Source of the DNA: an uncultured cyanobacterium
Lineage (GTDB): Bacteria; Cyanobacteriota; Cyanobacteriia; Cyanobacteriales; CAWCAG01
Direction: 5' to 3'
Length of the DNA stretch: 64,000 nucleotides
Assembly: GCA_963803805.1 (NCBI GenBank)
Contig: CAWDOD010000009.1
Coordinates: 96,001 to 160,000 of the forward strand
The position numbers and the translations under genes were made by a program. Below, in pieces: positions 43,188 to 51,708 of this stretch. Position 1 is the first letter of the stretch. Each line of letters opens with the position of its first letter. The notes under the pieces are model-generated. The model was given only the letters and a program-made list of their open reading frames with translations, did not search any database and was not told the DNA's origin.

Positions 43188-43961
43188 TCACAAGTTAGAA
43201 AAAATATTTGCTGTGGCTAACAATTCTCCTGTGTCCAACCAATCTGTTGCTGAAAATAACCCAGTAAACCACAAACTCATCATAGTCGCTGTACGAGCTG
43301 TTGTGGTTTCGAGCCAGTCGAACCAAGCTTCTAAGCCAATACCTGTTTTAGCAGAAATGGGAAGAATGGTAACATCAGGATTGATTTTGCGAACATTGGC
43401 AGCCATTTGAGCAATATCTACATCTAAGTACGGGGCCAAATCTATTTTTGTTAGTAGTAAACAATCTGCTTCTTGGAACATAACTGGATATTTGAGGGGC
43501 TGCTCTTCTCCTTCTGTGATGCTTAAAAGAGCAACCTTAGCGTGTTCTCCTACTGATAATTCTGCTGGACAAACTAAATTACCGATATTTTCTACTAATA
43601 CCAACTTTAAGTTAGAAGGGTCATGGTTTTGTAGTAAAGATTTAATCCCACCAGCGACCATTTTGGAGTCTAGACGGCAATAAGGCTTGGTTTGAATAGC
43701 AACAACCGGAACATCGTATTGACGCAATTTTTGGGCATCTAATTCTGTATTAATATCTCCTTCAATAATTGCGATTTGCAACTCCTTACTGAGGGCAGCA
43801 AGGGTACTTTCTAATAGCACCGTTTTACCAGCTCCAGGAGCGCTTATAATGTTGACGCAGCTAATCCCCCACTCATCTAAATGAGCGCGATTGCGCTCTG
43901 CTTCTACTTGGTTTGTCTGAAGTAGATGGGTTTCCCAAGCTGCGTCTAAAGTTTGGTGCAT
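43188..43961 (-). CDS. hypB: HypB/GhaB-like nickel-insertion GTPase (degenerate metal site)
   Basis: [32 protein letters not shown]-terminus typical of the guanidine-hydrolase-associated paralog. Confidence 0.85.
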   Translation of the reverse strand: MHQTLDAAWETHLLQTNQVEAERNRAHLDEWGISCVNIISAPGAGKTVLLESTLAALSKELQIAIIEGDINTELDAQKLRQYDVPVVAIQTKPYCRLDSKMVAGGIKSLLQNHDPSNLKLVLVENIGNLVCPAELSVGEHAKVALLSITEGEEQPLKYPVMFQEADCLLLTKIDLAPYLDVDIAQMAANVRKINPDVTILPISAKTGIGLEAWFDWLETTTARTATMMSLWFTGLFSATDWLDTGELLATANIFSNL

Positions 43962-44137
43962 GTTGACAAAGTTCTCCCGCTTGATATGACGAATTTAAGC
44001 TGGTAGATGACCTGACCCTTTGGCTAACAAAAATACTAAATTCCCCATTAGGAAAATGGGTATTGTGAGATAGTAACCTGGAATTGAAAATTTGGAGCTA
44101 AGTGTAAAGTAACATTACTAATTTTCTCATTTTCCTC

Positions 44138-45697
44138 TTAATCTACCCTTACTAAGCGAATCTCTGTACGTTGTTGTTGAGGGGATTCCGGAGGAATATT
44201 AGGGACTGGAGAGCTAAAACCTTTTCCTTCTGCTACTAAGTTATGATCTAGTCCTTTACTTTTTAAGTACTGCACCACGATATCAGCCCTAGCTTTACTT
44301 AGCTTTTGATTGACATCAGAGGGGCCAGTTTTGGAGGTATGGCCAATAATTCTTACCGCAACGGTTTGTTTGTTAAATTCTTTGATTTCTGAGCTTAACT
44401 TATCTAAGGTTTGCTGCCCTTCAGGGGTTAATTGAGCAGAGCCTGTAGCGAATTTGACTTCACCTCTAACTTTTAAGTTACCAATATCAGGGGCTTGGGA
44501 AATTTCTTGCGGCTGTAATTGTTTGGTAGTTTCAGCAATAGTGTTGCCTTTACCAAGTAATTTATCAGCTAGTTGAGGATTATCAGCTTTAACTAAATTA
44601 ACTAAAGATTCGCTATTGTCCGCTGCTTTTTTGATTAATTCAGCAGTAAATAGCTGTTCGGGGTTTTGGGGAACATTATTAACTCTTCCCGCTAAAGCTA
44701 AGGTGGCTGCGGTAGAGGTGATTCTTTGGGTGAGGGTTCCTTGGTTCATCCAATCCCTTGTTTCTAAGGAAGTGAAAAAATCTATCCCTTGCAAAACAGA
44801 TTTAGCTTCATTGGTAGGTAAATCTCCATCCTCAGCAATTTGAGCCTGTAATTGAGAAGGTTGGCTAACATTACTGTCAATACGACGATAATAAGCTGCC
44901 AATAAATCCGCAATTTTCTCTGGTTGAGATTCAATGATACGATTACTCGCTGCAATGACATCTACAATTGCGTTGGGGGCATCTTCGCTTGATAAAACCA
45001 CCGTATATCCTTTTTGCCTGGCTTGGGTAACATAGGGTTCCCAAATGACTGCTACAGCTACATCTTTATTTGGATCTTGCAATAATTGCCAAGCTTCTGA
45101 AGCATCCGCAACTTTAATAATCTCAAAGTCAGCAAGGTTAAAAGCTTCAAATTTAGTACTTAAAACTAAAGCTAAATATTCACTAGGAGTATCTCCTGCA
45201 TAGGCAATACTCAAGGTTTTATTTTGACTTCTTGCTTCTGCTTGAAGCTTACTGAGATCCAAAAGGGATTTAAGATTGGAATATTTAGGAGTATTTAAAA
45301 CTACTGCATCCGCCCCGATGGTACGATCAATAAGACCAACAATTTTTGCTTCGGGTTGATGTTGAAGGTATTGATCTAAGGTTGTTACTAATAAATCCGC
45401 TTGACCTTTATTCAGCATCTCGGCACGCAAAGACTGGTCAAATTCATTTTGGTAATCAAGACTTAAGCCAGTTTCTTGCAAAGCTGCTTGAAAATCTTCG
45501 CTGCGAAAAGTACTGTAGCCGCTAAAGGTATCTCCCAAAATAGTAAATTCACCTTGAGCAGGATTATTATCAGTTACATTACCAATAGATATTCCACCTG
45601 GCTTGAGTTTGGTCAGAAAAAAATAACCACCGCCAAGAAGACCTGCGGTAATTAACAAAGCTAGAATTAATATAGTGGGGTTGTCTTGCTTGTTCAT
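44138..45697 (-). CDS. Periplasmic substrate-binding domain fused to C-terminal OmpA-like peptidoglycan-binding domain
   Basis: N-terminal TM; GDTFSGY, GADAVV, WEPYV SBP motifs; FATGSA...IIGHT...LSKARA...RTEI OmpA motifs. Confidence 0.85.
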   Translation of the reverse strand: MNKQDNPTILILALLITAGLLGGGYFFLTKLKPGGISIGNVTDNNPAQGEFTILGDTFSGYSTFRSEDFQAALQETGLSLDYQNEFDQSLRAEMLNKGQADLLVTTLDQYLQHQPEAKIVGLIDRTIGADAVVLNTPKYSNLKSLLDLSKLQAEARSQNKTLSIAYAGDTPSEYLALVLSTKFEAFNLADFEIIKVADASEAWQLLQDPNKDVAVAVIWEPYVTQARQKGYTVVLSSEDAPNAIVDVIAASNRIIESQPEKIADLLAAYYRRIDSNVSQPSQLQAQIAEDGDLPTNEAKSVLQGIDFFTSLETRDWMNQGTLTQRITSTAATLALAGRVNNVPQNPEQLFTAELIKKAADNSESLVNLVKADNPQLADKLLGKGNTIAETTKQLQPQEISQAPDIGNLKVRGEVKFATGSAQLTPEGQQTLDKLSSEIKEFNKQTVAVRIIGHTSKTGPSDVNQKLSKARADIVVQYLKSKGLDHNLVAEGKGFSSPVPNIPPESPQQQRTEIRLVRVD

Positions 45698-45743
45698 GTT
45701 ACGGAAGAATCGGGGAGTAGGGAATAGCTTACTTGTTAGCCAT

Positions 45744-47546
45744 TTACAATAATTTTGGTGTTGATGTAACTGACTTTAAAATTCCATCTTCCAATTGATA
45801 AATAGCTGCCATAATGCCATTTTCTGGATTAGTTAAGAGAGATTTTTTGACATTATCTAAGTAATCAATAATATTTTTTTGCAAAATGGGTCTTTCTACT
45901 TTAACTGTATGATTATAATCCCAAATATCCCATACTAAAATACCAACACCAACAATGGGATCTATCATACTTGCTCCTAGTTCTGCCCCCACTGCACTAC
46001 CGGTTTTAGCTGCTAACTTAGAAGCAGCTTTTCCCGCAAATTTAGCACTGATTTTACTACCCACTTTCCCAGCAAAACTAATGATCAAAGGTTTAGCTAA
46101 TAAATAACCGCCTCCTCCCACTAAAGCTTTTAAGGATAAATTAGAAATATTACCATCGGTATCATTAACAGTGGTAGAAATATCGCTGAGGTAACGATTC
46201 CATTGCCCTTGGGGAATTTTGTAACTACTTTTAACTTGCTCAATATTATCTCCCAGTTCAGCTAGATATAAATTAACAGTTTCTGTGGTTAAAACTTCTA
46301 GCTTGATTTGGGCATTTTTGGGTAACAGTACTCGTTTAGCAAATTCTTTTTGAAAGTTTTGAGTCAACTTGGCCGCCACCACTTCTTCAGGAGTAAAATC
46401 ACGAAAATTTAGTTTATGTAACACCGAAGAAGATAGCCAGGTAAATGGTGTGGAAAATTCAATCTTTTTTTGATTAATATAACCAAAATACCAATCCAAA
46501 AAGTTATCTACGCGAGGAATAAGTTCTTGCTCCCACTCATCTAATTCATGGGAAGCAAACTCTTCAGCAGTTTCCTCTGCATCTTTTATAGCTACAACAA
46601 CTGCTTCATTAACTTTGTCTAGTTTCGGGCGAGGCTTAACCACAACTATAGGGTTGGGTTGCGTTAGTTTTTGCGTTGCTGTAACTCCTTCTGAGGAAGC
46701 AATTAAAAATCTACCGACTAAAGGAATTATTACTAATAAAATCACTGTTGCCCAAATAAAAGGAGCAACGGATTTAATAAATTGACTTAATGCTTTGAGG
46801 CGCTCTGTTTTTTGTTCATAGTTGGCAGTTTTTTCTTTTTTGTTTGCCGTCACTTCTGCCTTTTTAACAGAAGCAACTTGAGATGTTTTTTCCTCCTTAA
46901 CCACAGAAATTGGGGTTACTTGTGGAACTGTTTTAACCACCTTCTGAGACGTTGACTCTAGTGGGGCTGAAGAAGCTTCATCAAACCGGGAAGCAACTAA
47001 CTCTTTACCTAAAAGTATTTGTTCTTCACCGCTATCTCCTTGTAACCAAACCACAGGAGAAGCGAAACTATGACCTTTAATACTTAAGTCTAAATAACGA
47101 AAAACATATTCTACTGTTCCCTTAATTCCTTGAGCTAATAAAGTCTGTTCTTGCTTAACTAAATTAAATCCTAATTGTTTACCTATTTGGTAAGGAATAA
47201 CAGTAAAATCGGCTCCCGCCCCCACTATTACAGAAGCAGAAGCTACTTTGTTTTTGTATTTGAGATTAACTTGATAGCTAGGCAACCATTTGTCAGTTCT
47301 AACTTCTCGTAAGCTAATGGGTAAACCTTCGAGAGAATCAAGATTTTGAGGTAGAAAATAAATAGCAAAATTTTGCCGCGAACATTTCGCTAATTCAATT
47401 GTTTCTTCCCAAGCTTGGCTATGGGCAATTACTCCTTTGGTATTGTAGGCAATATATTGGTTTCCATAGTTATTAAGCTTCTGGCGGTTGCGGTTGAGCC
47501 AGTTAAGCAGAGCGTATTTTTCCTGTACCGATGGTTTTTTCTGCAT
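45744..47546 (-). CDS. Fusion: DUF5678-like + inactive retropepsin-like domain + TM + helical/glycine-rich domain
   Basis: NQYIAY...VIAH; IVGAGADFTVI in place of D(S/T)GA; ILLGK; TM helix; DNFLDWYFGY. Confidence 0.6.
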   Translation of the reverse strand: MQKKPSVQEKYALLNWLNRNRQKLNNYGNQYIAYNTKGVIAHSQAWEETIELAKCSRQNFAIYFLPQNLDSLEGLPISLREVRTDKWLPSYQVNLKYKNKVASASVIVGAGADFTVIPYQIGKQLGFNLVKQEQTLLAQGIKGTVEYVFRYLDLSIKGHSFASPVVWLQGDSGEEQILLGKELVASRFDEASSAPLESTSQKVVKTVPQVTPISVVKEEKTSQVASVKKAEVTANKKEKTANYEQKTERLKALSQFIKSVAPFIWATVILLVIIPLVGRFLIASSEGVTATQKLTQPNPIVVVKPRPKLDKVNEAVVVAIKDAEETAEEFASHELDEWEQELIPRVDNFLDWYFGYINQKKIEFSTPFTWLSSSVLHKLNFRDFTPEEVVAAKLTQNFQKEFAKRVLLPKNAQIKLEVLTTETVNLYLAELGDNIEQVKSSYKIPQGQWNRYLSDISTTVNDTDGNISNLSLKALVGGGGYLLAKPLIISFAGKVGSKISAKFAGKAASKLAAKTGSAVGAELGASMIDPIVGVGILVWDIWDYNHTVKVERPILQKNIIDYLDNVKKSLLTNPENGIMAAIYQLEDGILKSVTSTPKLL

Positions 47547-47551
47547 CCTCG

Positions 47552-47583
47552 CCTATTACCTATTACCTATTACCTATTACCTA
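47552..47583. repeat. STRR heptamer (CCTATTA) x4.5
   Basis: cctatta repeated in the intergenic gap. Confidence 0.75.
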
Positions 47584-48153
47584 AAAATCATTAGTCTTCG
47601 GCGGAGGGCCAACTGTACCGGAAGGGTTGGCAAATAAGTTATCACCAGCTTCGTTTTGATAGATACAATCAATTTCTGGTTTACTATCCAAACTGCCAAT
47701 AAAACCGAAGGTATTGAGGCGCTGTTTACAATCGCGAACCTCATTATTTGTAACCAGCTTTTTCTGCTCCAAAATTGACCAGTTATTCCGGCGTAGAACA
47801 CAACCTGGCTGGACAATCGGCTGAGTTACATAAACATGAAAAGGGTTGAGAGTAACAAAAACCTTCGTATCAGTAACAATAGCACTAGCTCCATACTGGA
47901 CACAAAGTTCCGCATTGGGGGCGCTGCGATCAATTGCTTCCCTAGAATTTATGTTTTCCACCCCAAAACTAGTGGCGGTGCTAAAGAAAATGCCCACACC
48001 AATACCGAGAATGAAGATACCTCCTATAATTGCTATGGCTGCGTAGCTCAAGCCAAAGGGCAAGGTAGGAGAAGATTTGCTGGGTTTTGATCTTGGTATC
48101 GGTTCTCTGTCTCTATAGTCTCTAGGGGGAGGAGATGGAGGTCTACGTCTCAT
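47581..48153 (-). CDS. DUF3172 family protein
   Basis: LCVQYGASA, PGCVLRRNNW, CKQRLNTFGF. Confidence 0.8.
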   Translation of the reverse strand: MRRRPPSPPPRDYRDREPIPRSKPSKSSPTLPFGLSYAAIAIIGGIFILGIGVGIFFSTATSFGVENINSREAIDRSAPNAELCVQYGASAIVTDTKVFVTLNPFHVYVTQPIVQPGCVLRRNNWSILEQKKLVTNNEVRDCKQRLNTFGFIGSLDSKPEIDCIYQNEAGDNLFANPSGTVGPPPKTNDF

Positions 48154-48223
48154 ATTGGCTCAGGTTATTGCTAAGGCTATTAACTATTGTAGTAATTTTA
48201 CAGAAGGCGGCTTGACTATAAAG

Positions 48224-48257
48224 AAAAAAACCGCTTCAACAGAAGTTAAAGCGGTTT
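48224..48257 (-). terminator. Intrinsic terminator
   Basis: Minus strand aaaccgctttaac-ttct-gttgaagcggttt followed by a T tract. Confidence 0.65.
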
Positions 48258-48336
48258 AGCTCATCCAGGTCAACATCTCTATAGAGTTCTCTATTCAAAA
48301 GAGGCAATATTATGCAGAACCTGGATTTTTGTTACA

Positions 48337-49425
48337 TTACTTTACACAATGGTTTTCCTGAGACATTATTTTCTTTTTTGTGGAGAAGCTAACAATATTC
48401 AGTTCCGTTGCTTCAACACCAGTTTCTTTTTCTAGGCGATCGCGAATAAAAAGAAGATTAACATGGCGAGAAAAAACCATTAAGTGCCATTGTCTTAAAG
48501 GAGAATCACTTTCTATGTCCCAGGGTAGAAGGGAGTTTACCTGCTTTGCACCGTAAGTAGCAGCTAAATGATGGATTTGTGCTTCTTTAAAGCTAGAGTC
48601 AAATTTAACTAAAAGTTCCCCAGGTTGATAGTTAACTCCAGTTTCGGACTCCGTTGGTAAATTGAGATATTTTTGGACTAAATCTTCAAGAGATTTATGC
48701 TTCTGCCAACTTAGATCCACAGATGGTTTTTGTTCCTCATCCAAGTTTATGGCTTTCCCCTTAGCCCCCTTAACCCGAAAAACGATATCGTTACAATCTT
48801 TCTGAGAAGATTCTTGAGGAACTAAGTTTTCTAAGACAAAAGTAACTTCTTTCCCTCCTACATCTACGATTTCTCCCAGGGAAAGAGATGGCTTGAAGTT
48901 AGCTGTGGCGAAAGAAAACAAGGGATTAAGTCTTTTTGGTAGCGCTCCCTCGGTTATTTTGAGGCGATTGAAAACTTGCTCTAATGTACCTTGGGGAATT
49001 AACATCATCCCCAAGGTATCCCCAGGATTCATCATAAAGGTATCTGTTAATGAACAATCTTCACTACCCAAGGTTGTTAAGTTACCTAAGTTACGGTTAA
49101 AACTCTTACCTGGAGTCCGATCTGTAATGACAATCCGCCCCAATTTGGAGTTACTTAAAGCGCGGGTAACAACTTCAAGCAGAAATTTGTGGCTACCAAC
49201 TTCATAATCTTCCAGACGAGTCAAGCTAAAAATAGCTAATTCCCCTTGATAACCGCCACCATTATAAAGAAATTCAAAACTAACTTTTCCTGTTTCACCA
49301 ACAGTAAAAAAGCCAGATGTGAAGGCAGTATCTACTTTAGGGTGGGGGATTTTTTGTAGATAGAAGTGGGGAGTTATAATTGTTTTTTTAAAAAGAAAAT
49401 CTGCAATGGAGGCTGACTCGTCCAT
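48337..49425 (-). CDS. DUF4114-like domain protein with C-terminal subtilase prodomain-like segment
   Basis: SGFFTVGETG, GGYQGELAIFSL, PLFS, DCNDIVF; YQPGELLVKF...ELN. Confidence 0.6.
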   Translation of the reverse strand: MDESASIADFLFKKTIITPHFYLQKIPHPKVDTAFTSGFFTVGETGKVSFEFLYNGGGYQGELAIFSLTRLEDYEVGSHKFLLEVVTRALSNSKLGRIVITDRTPGKSFNRNLGNLTTLGSEDCSLTDTFMMNPGDTLGMMLIPQGTLEQVFNRLKITEGALPKRLNPLFSFATANFKPSLSLGEIVDVGGKEVTFVLENLVPQESSQKDCNDIVFRVKGAKGKAINLDEEQKPSVDLSWQKHKSLEDLVQKYLNLPTESETGVNYQPGELLVKFDSSFKEAQIHHLAATYGAKQVNSLLPWDIESDSPLRQWHLMVFSRHVNLLFIRDRLEKETGVEATELNIVSFSTKKKIMSQENHCVK

Positions 49426-50043
49426 ATTCTATTTCAAGTCCATAGTTTTGAGATTATTTCTAGCTTGGTAGAATAAAGTTATTTACTGAATTTTCTGAGT
49501 AATATTTAGCTCCACAATTGATGATTAAGCTTTTAAATCTGAATCATAATTGCCATAAAGCTGTGTTCTATTTAAGTAAACCTGGCTTTTCCTTAAATGA
49601 GGATTATTTCGCTAATCTTTACCTTAAGTGCTTATTTTAGCAAAACTAAAAAACTTGTCTATTGAGGATATTGAGAATATTTTATACAGCTTAGTTGCCT
49701 CTACACCAGAGCAATTAATCTCTCTACTTTAGCGGCTAATTCCCGTTTGTGTATTAAGCCGTCTATCCACTTTTGGTACTTTGTCGATTGTTAGTTGACG
49801 AGGAAGGAGAAAAGGAAATCAGCAACAGGTATTTTCTAAAAAATCGCCTTCTTATTAGCTTTGTCGAACTCTCTCCTCCGCAAGAAGTAGCTTCTTTAGC
49901 TCAAAAGTACACTAATGACGACAAAGAGGTATACCCTCTGGTACTACTTTCTACCTCGTGAGCAAGAAGCTTTAAACAGCATTAAAAATTATTATTTGAG
50001 ACATATATTTAAGGTAAGCAAAAAAATTTACTGAGTTTCACCT

Positions 50044-50850
50044 ATGGCTTTATTAAAAATCGGGGACTTTTATCCCACCTATACCCAAGATTTATTTGAT
50101 GGCGAAGAAGTTAAAGGACTTGCGGTTTACGCTGGACTGACAGAAGAAAAGATTGGTTCCATTCATGATGTCTTAGTAGATGAAACTGGTAAGTTTCGCT
50201 ACTTTGTTGTTGACACAGGATTTTGGTTTATTGGTAAAAAAGTCTTACTTCCTATGGGTCGTTGTCGCATTGACGACAACAAACAACGTATTTATGCCAC
50301 AGGTCTAGAAAATAAGCAACAAGCAGAACACTTGCCAGAATATGACGACACTATGACAGTAGATTATGAATATGAAGAAAGAGTGCGTAATGTCTATCGT
50401 CCGAGGGCAGCCCCAGCAAATAATCATTCTGCTTTGAACCGGGGCGATCGCTATGAAAGTCAGCCAGATTTATATCAAATGCCAGATAGTCGCAAACTTA
50501 GGTTATATGAAGAACGACTTGTGGTTAATAAAAATCGCTACAAAACCGGTGAAGTTGCTGTGGGTAAACACGTTGTAACCTCACCAGCTAAAGCTACAGT
50601 GCCTGTAGAGAGAGAAAGGGTGGTTATCGAACGTTCTGAACCTACTAACCCAAGGACAATGGTTAACCCTAGTGTTGCTAGTTTCCAGAATCAGGAACTA
50701 GCTAGGGTTGAGGTGCATCGGGAAGCGGTTGATGTTCACAAAGAAGCTTTTGTCACTGAAGAAGTTAATATTAAAAAGGAAGTTACCCAAGAGTTCGTTG
50801 AAGCTGAAAAAAATTTGCGCCGTGAGGAATTGGATGTTGAAACTCAGTAA
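50044..50850 (+). CDS. PRC-barrel / DUF2382 domain protein
   Basis: KIGSIHDVLVD...RYFVVDTG, LYEERL, LRREEL. Confidence 0.88.
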   Translation: MALLKIGDFYPTYTQDLFDGEEVKGLAVYAGLTEEKIGSIHDVLVDETGKFRYFVVDTGFWFIGKKVLLPMGRCRIDDNKQRIYATGLENKQQAEHLPEYDDTMTVDYEYEERVRNVYRPRAAPANNHSALNRGDRYESQPDLYQMPDSRKLRLYEERLVVNKNRYKTGEVAVGKHVVTSPAKATVPVERERVVIERSEPTNPRTMVNPSVASFQNQELARVEVHREAVDVHKEAFVTEEVNIKKEVTQEFVEAEKNLRREELDVETQ

Positions 50851-51056
50851 AGTTGATGTTTAAGCTTTACCCTTTGCCCCCATCAGTGTATCTCCGACAC
50901 AACTATATTATCCCTACGGTAAACCCTAAAAAACCTTTTCGTAAAACCGTATTACTTTTTTAGTTGCTATCTAATATCCTAAAAGCATAGAGAAGAAAAA
51001 ACTTCTCTTAGTTCTAAAACATTCTTTTATTTGATTTAATGTTAGGAGGTATTTAG

Positions 51057-51497
51057 ATGGCACTCATTCGTTGGGAACCTTTCCGAGAAGTTGATAGCTT
51101 ACAAAGGGAAATGAATCGGCTGTTTGAGAGTTTATCACCTACTGATAGAGATAGTAATAATCTTGGTTCATTTATCCCTGCTGCTGAATTAGAAGAAACT
51201 GCTAATGAGGTTCTTCTCAAGGTAGAAATTCCGGGTTTAGATGCTGAAGACTTGGATGTTCAAGTTACGGCGGAAGCAGTTGCGATTAGCGGTGAACGTA
51301 AGTCAGAAACTAAAACCGAAGAGAAAGGCATGACTCGCAGTGAATTCCGCTATGGTAAATTCCGCAGGGTAATTCCTTTACCGACTAGGATTCAAAATAC
51401 TGATGTCAAAGCTGACTACAAAAATGGTGTTTTGCATCTAACTTTGCCGAAGGCAGAAGAAGAGAAAAATAAAGTAGTGAAGGTTACAATTGGCTAA
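51057..51497 (+). CDS. hspA: Small heat shock protein Hsp20
   Basis: MALIRWEPF, RSEFRYGKFRRVIPLP, YKNGVLHLTLPK. Confidence 0.92.
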   Translation: MALIRWEPFREVDSLQREMNRLFESLSPTDRDSNNLGSFIPAAELEETANEVLLKVEIPGLDAEDLDVQVTAEAVAISGERKSETKTEEKGMTRSEFRYGKFRRVIPLPTRIQNTDVKADYKNGVLHLTLPKAEEEKNKVVKVTIG

Positions 51498-51523
51498 ATA
51501 ATTTATTTAATTACTAAAATCTT

Positions 51524-51561
51524 AGTCCCTGTCAAAACATTTTTGACAGGGACTTTTTTTT
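51524..51561 (+). terminator. Intrinsic terminator of hsp20
   Basis: agtccctgtcaaaa-cat-ttttgacagggact followed by a T tract. Confidence 0.85.
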
Positions 51562-51708
51562 GCAAGATATCATCCTCAAGCTAGATTTGTTCCTTGAACC
51601 TAGTTTCTATTATTGAGCCAATAAGGTTGTCATCTACTAACTCAATTAAGGAACTTGCAAGTCCAAGTCCCTTAATTAGTTTGTGGACGAACAACTAGGG
51701 ATTTTTAG

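Noticed and set aside
44103..44118. Possible NtcA site upstream of hypB
   Set aside because: Spacing is GTA-N9-TAC rather than N8
43962..44137. Guanidine-I (ykkC) riboswitch expected upstream of hypB-ABC
   Set aside because: The conserved core segments (GGTTCCG, GGTCCGAG, AAAAGCCCGGGAG-like) are not visible on the minus strand; only a short gcgggag is present
49773..49961. 62-aa ORF in a long intergenic region
   Set aside because: TTG start, no clear RBS or recognisable motif; probably promoter DNA
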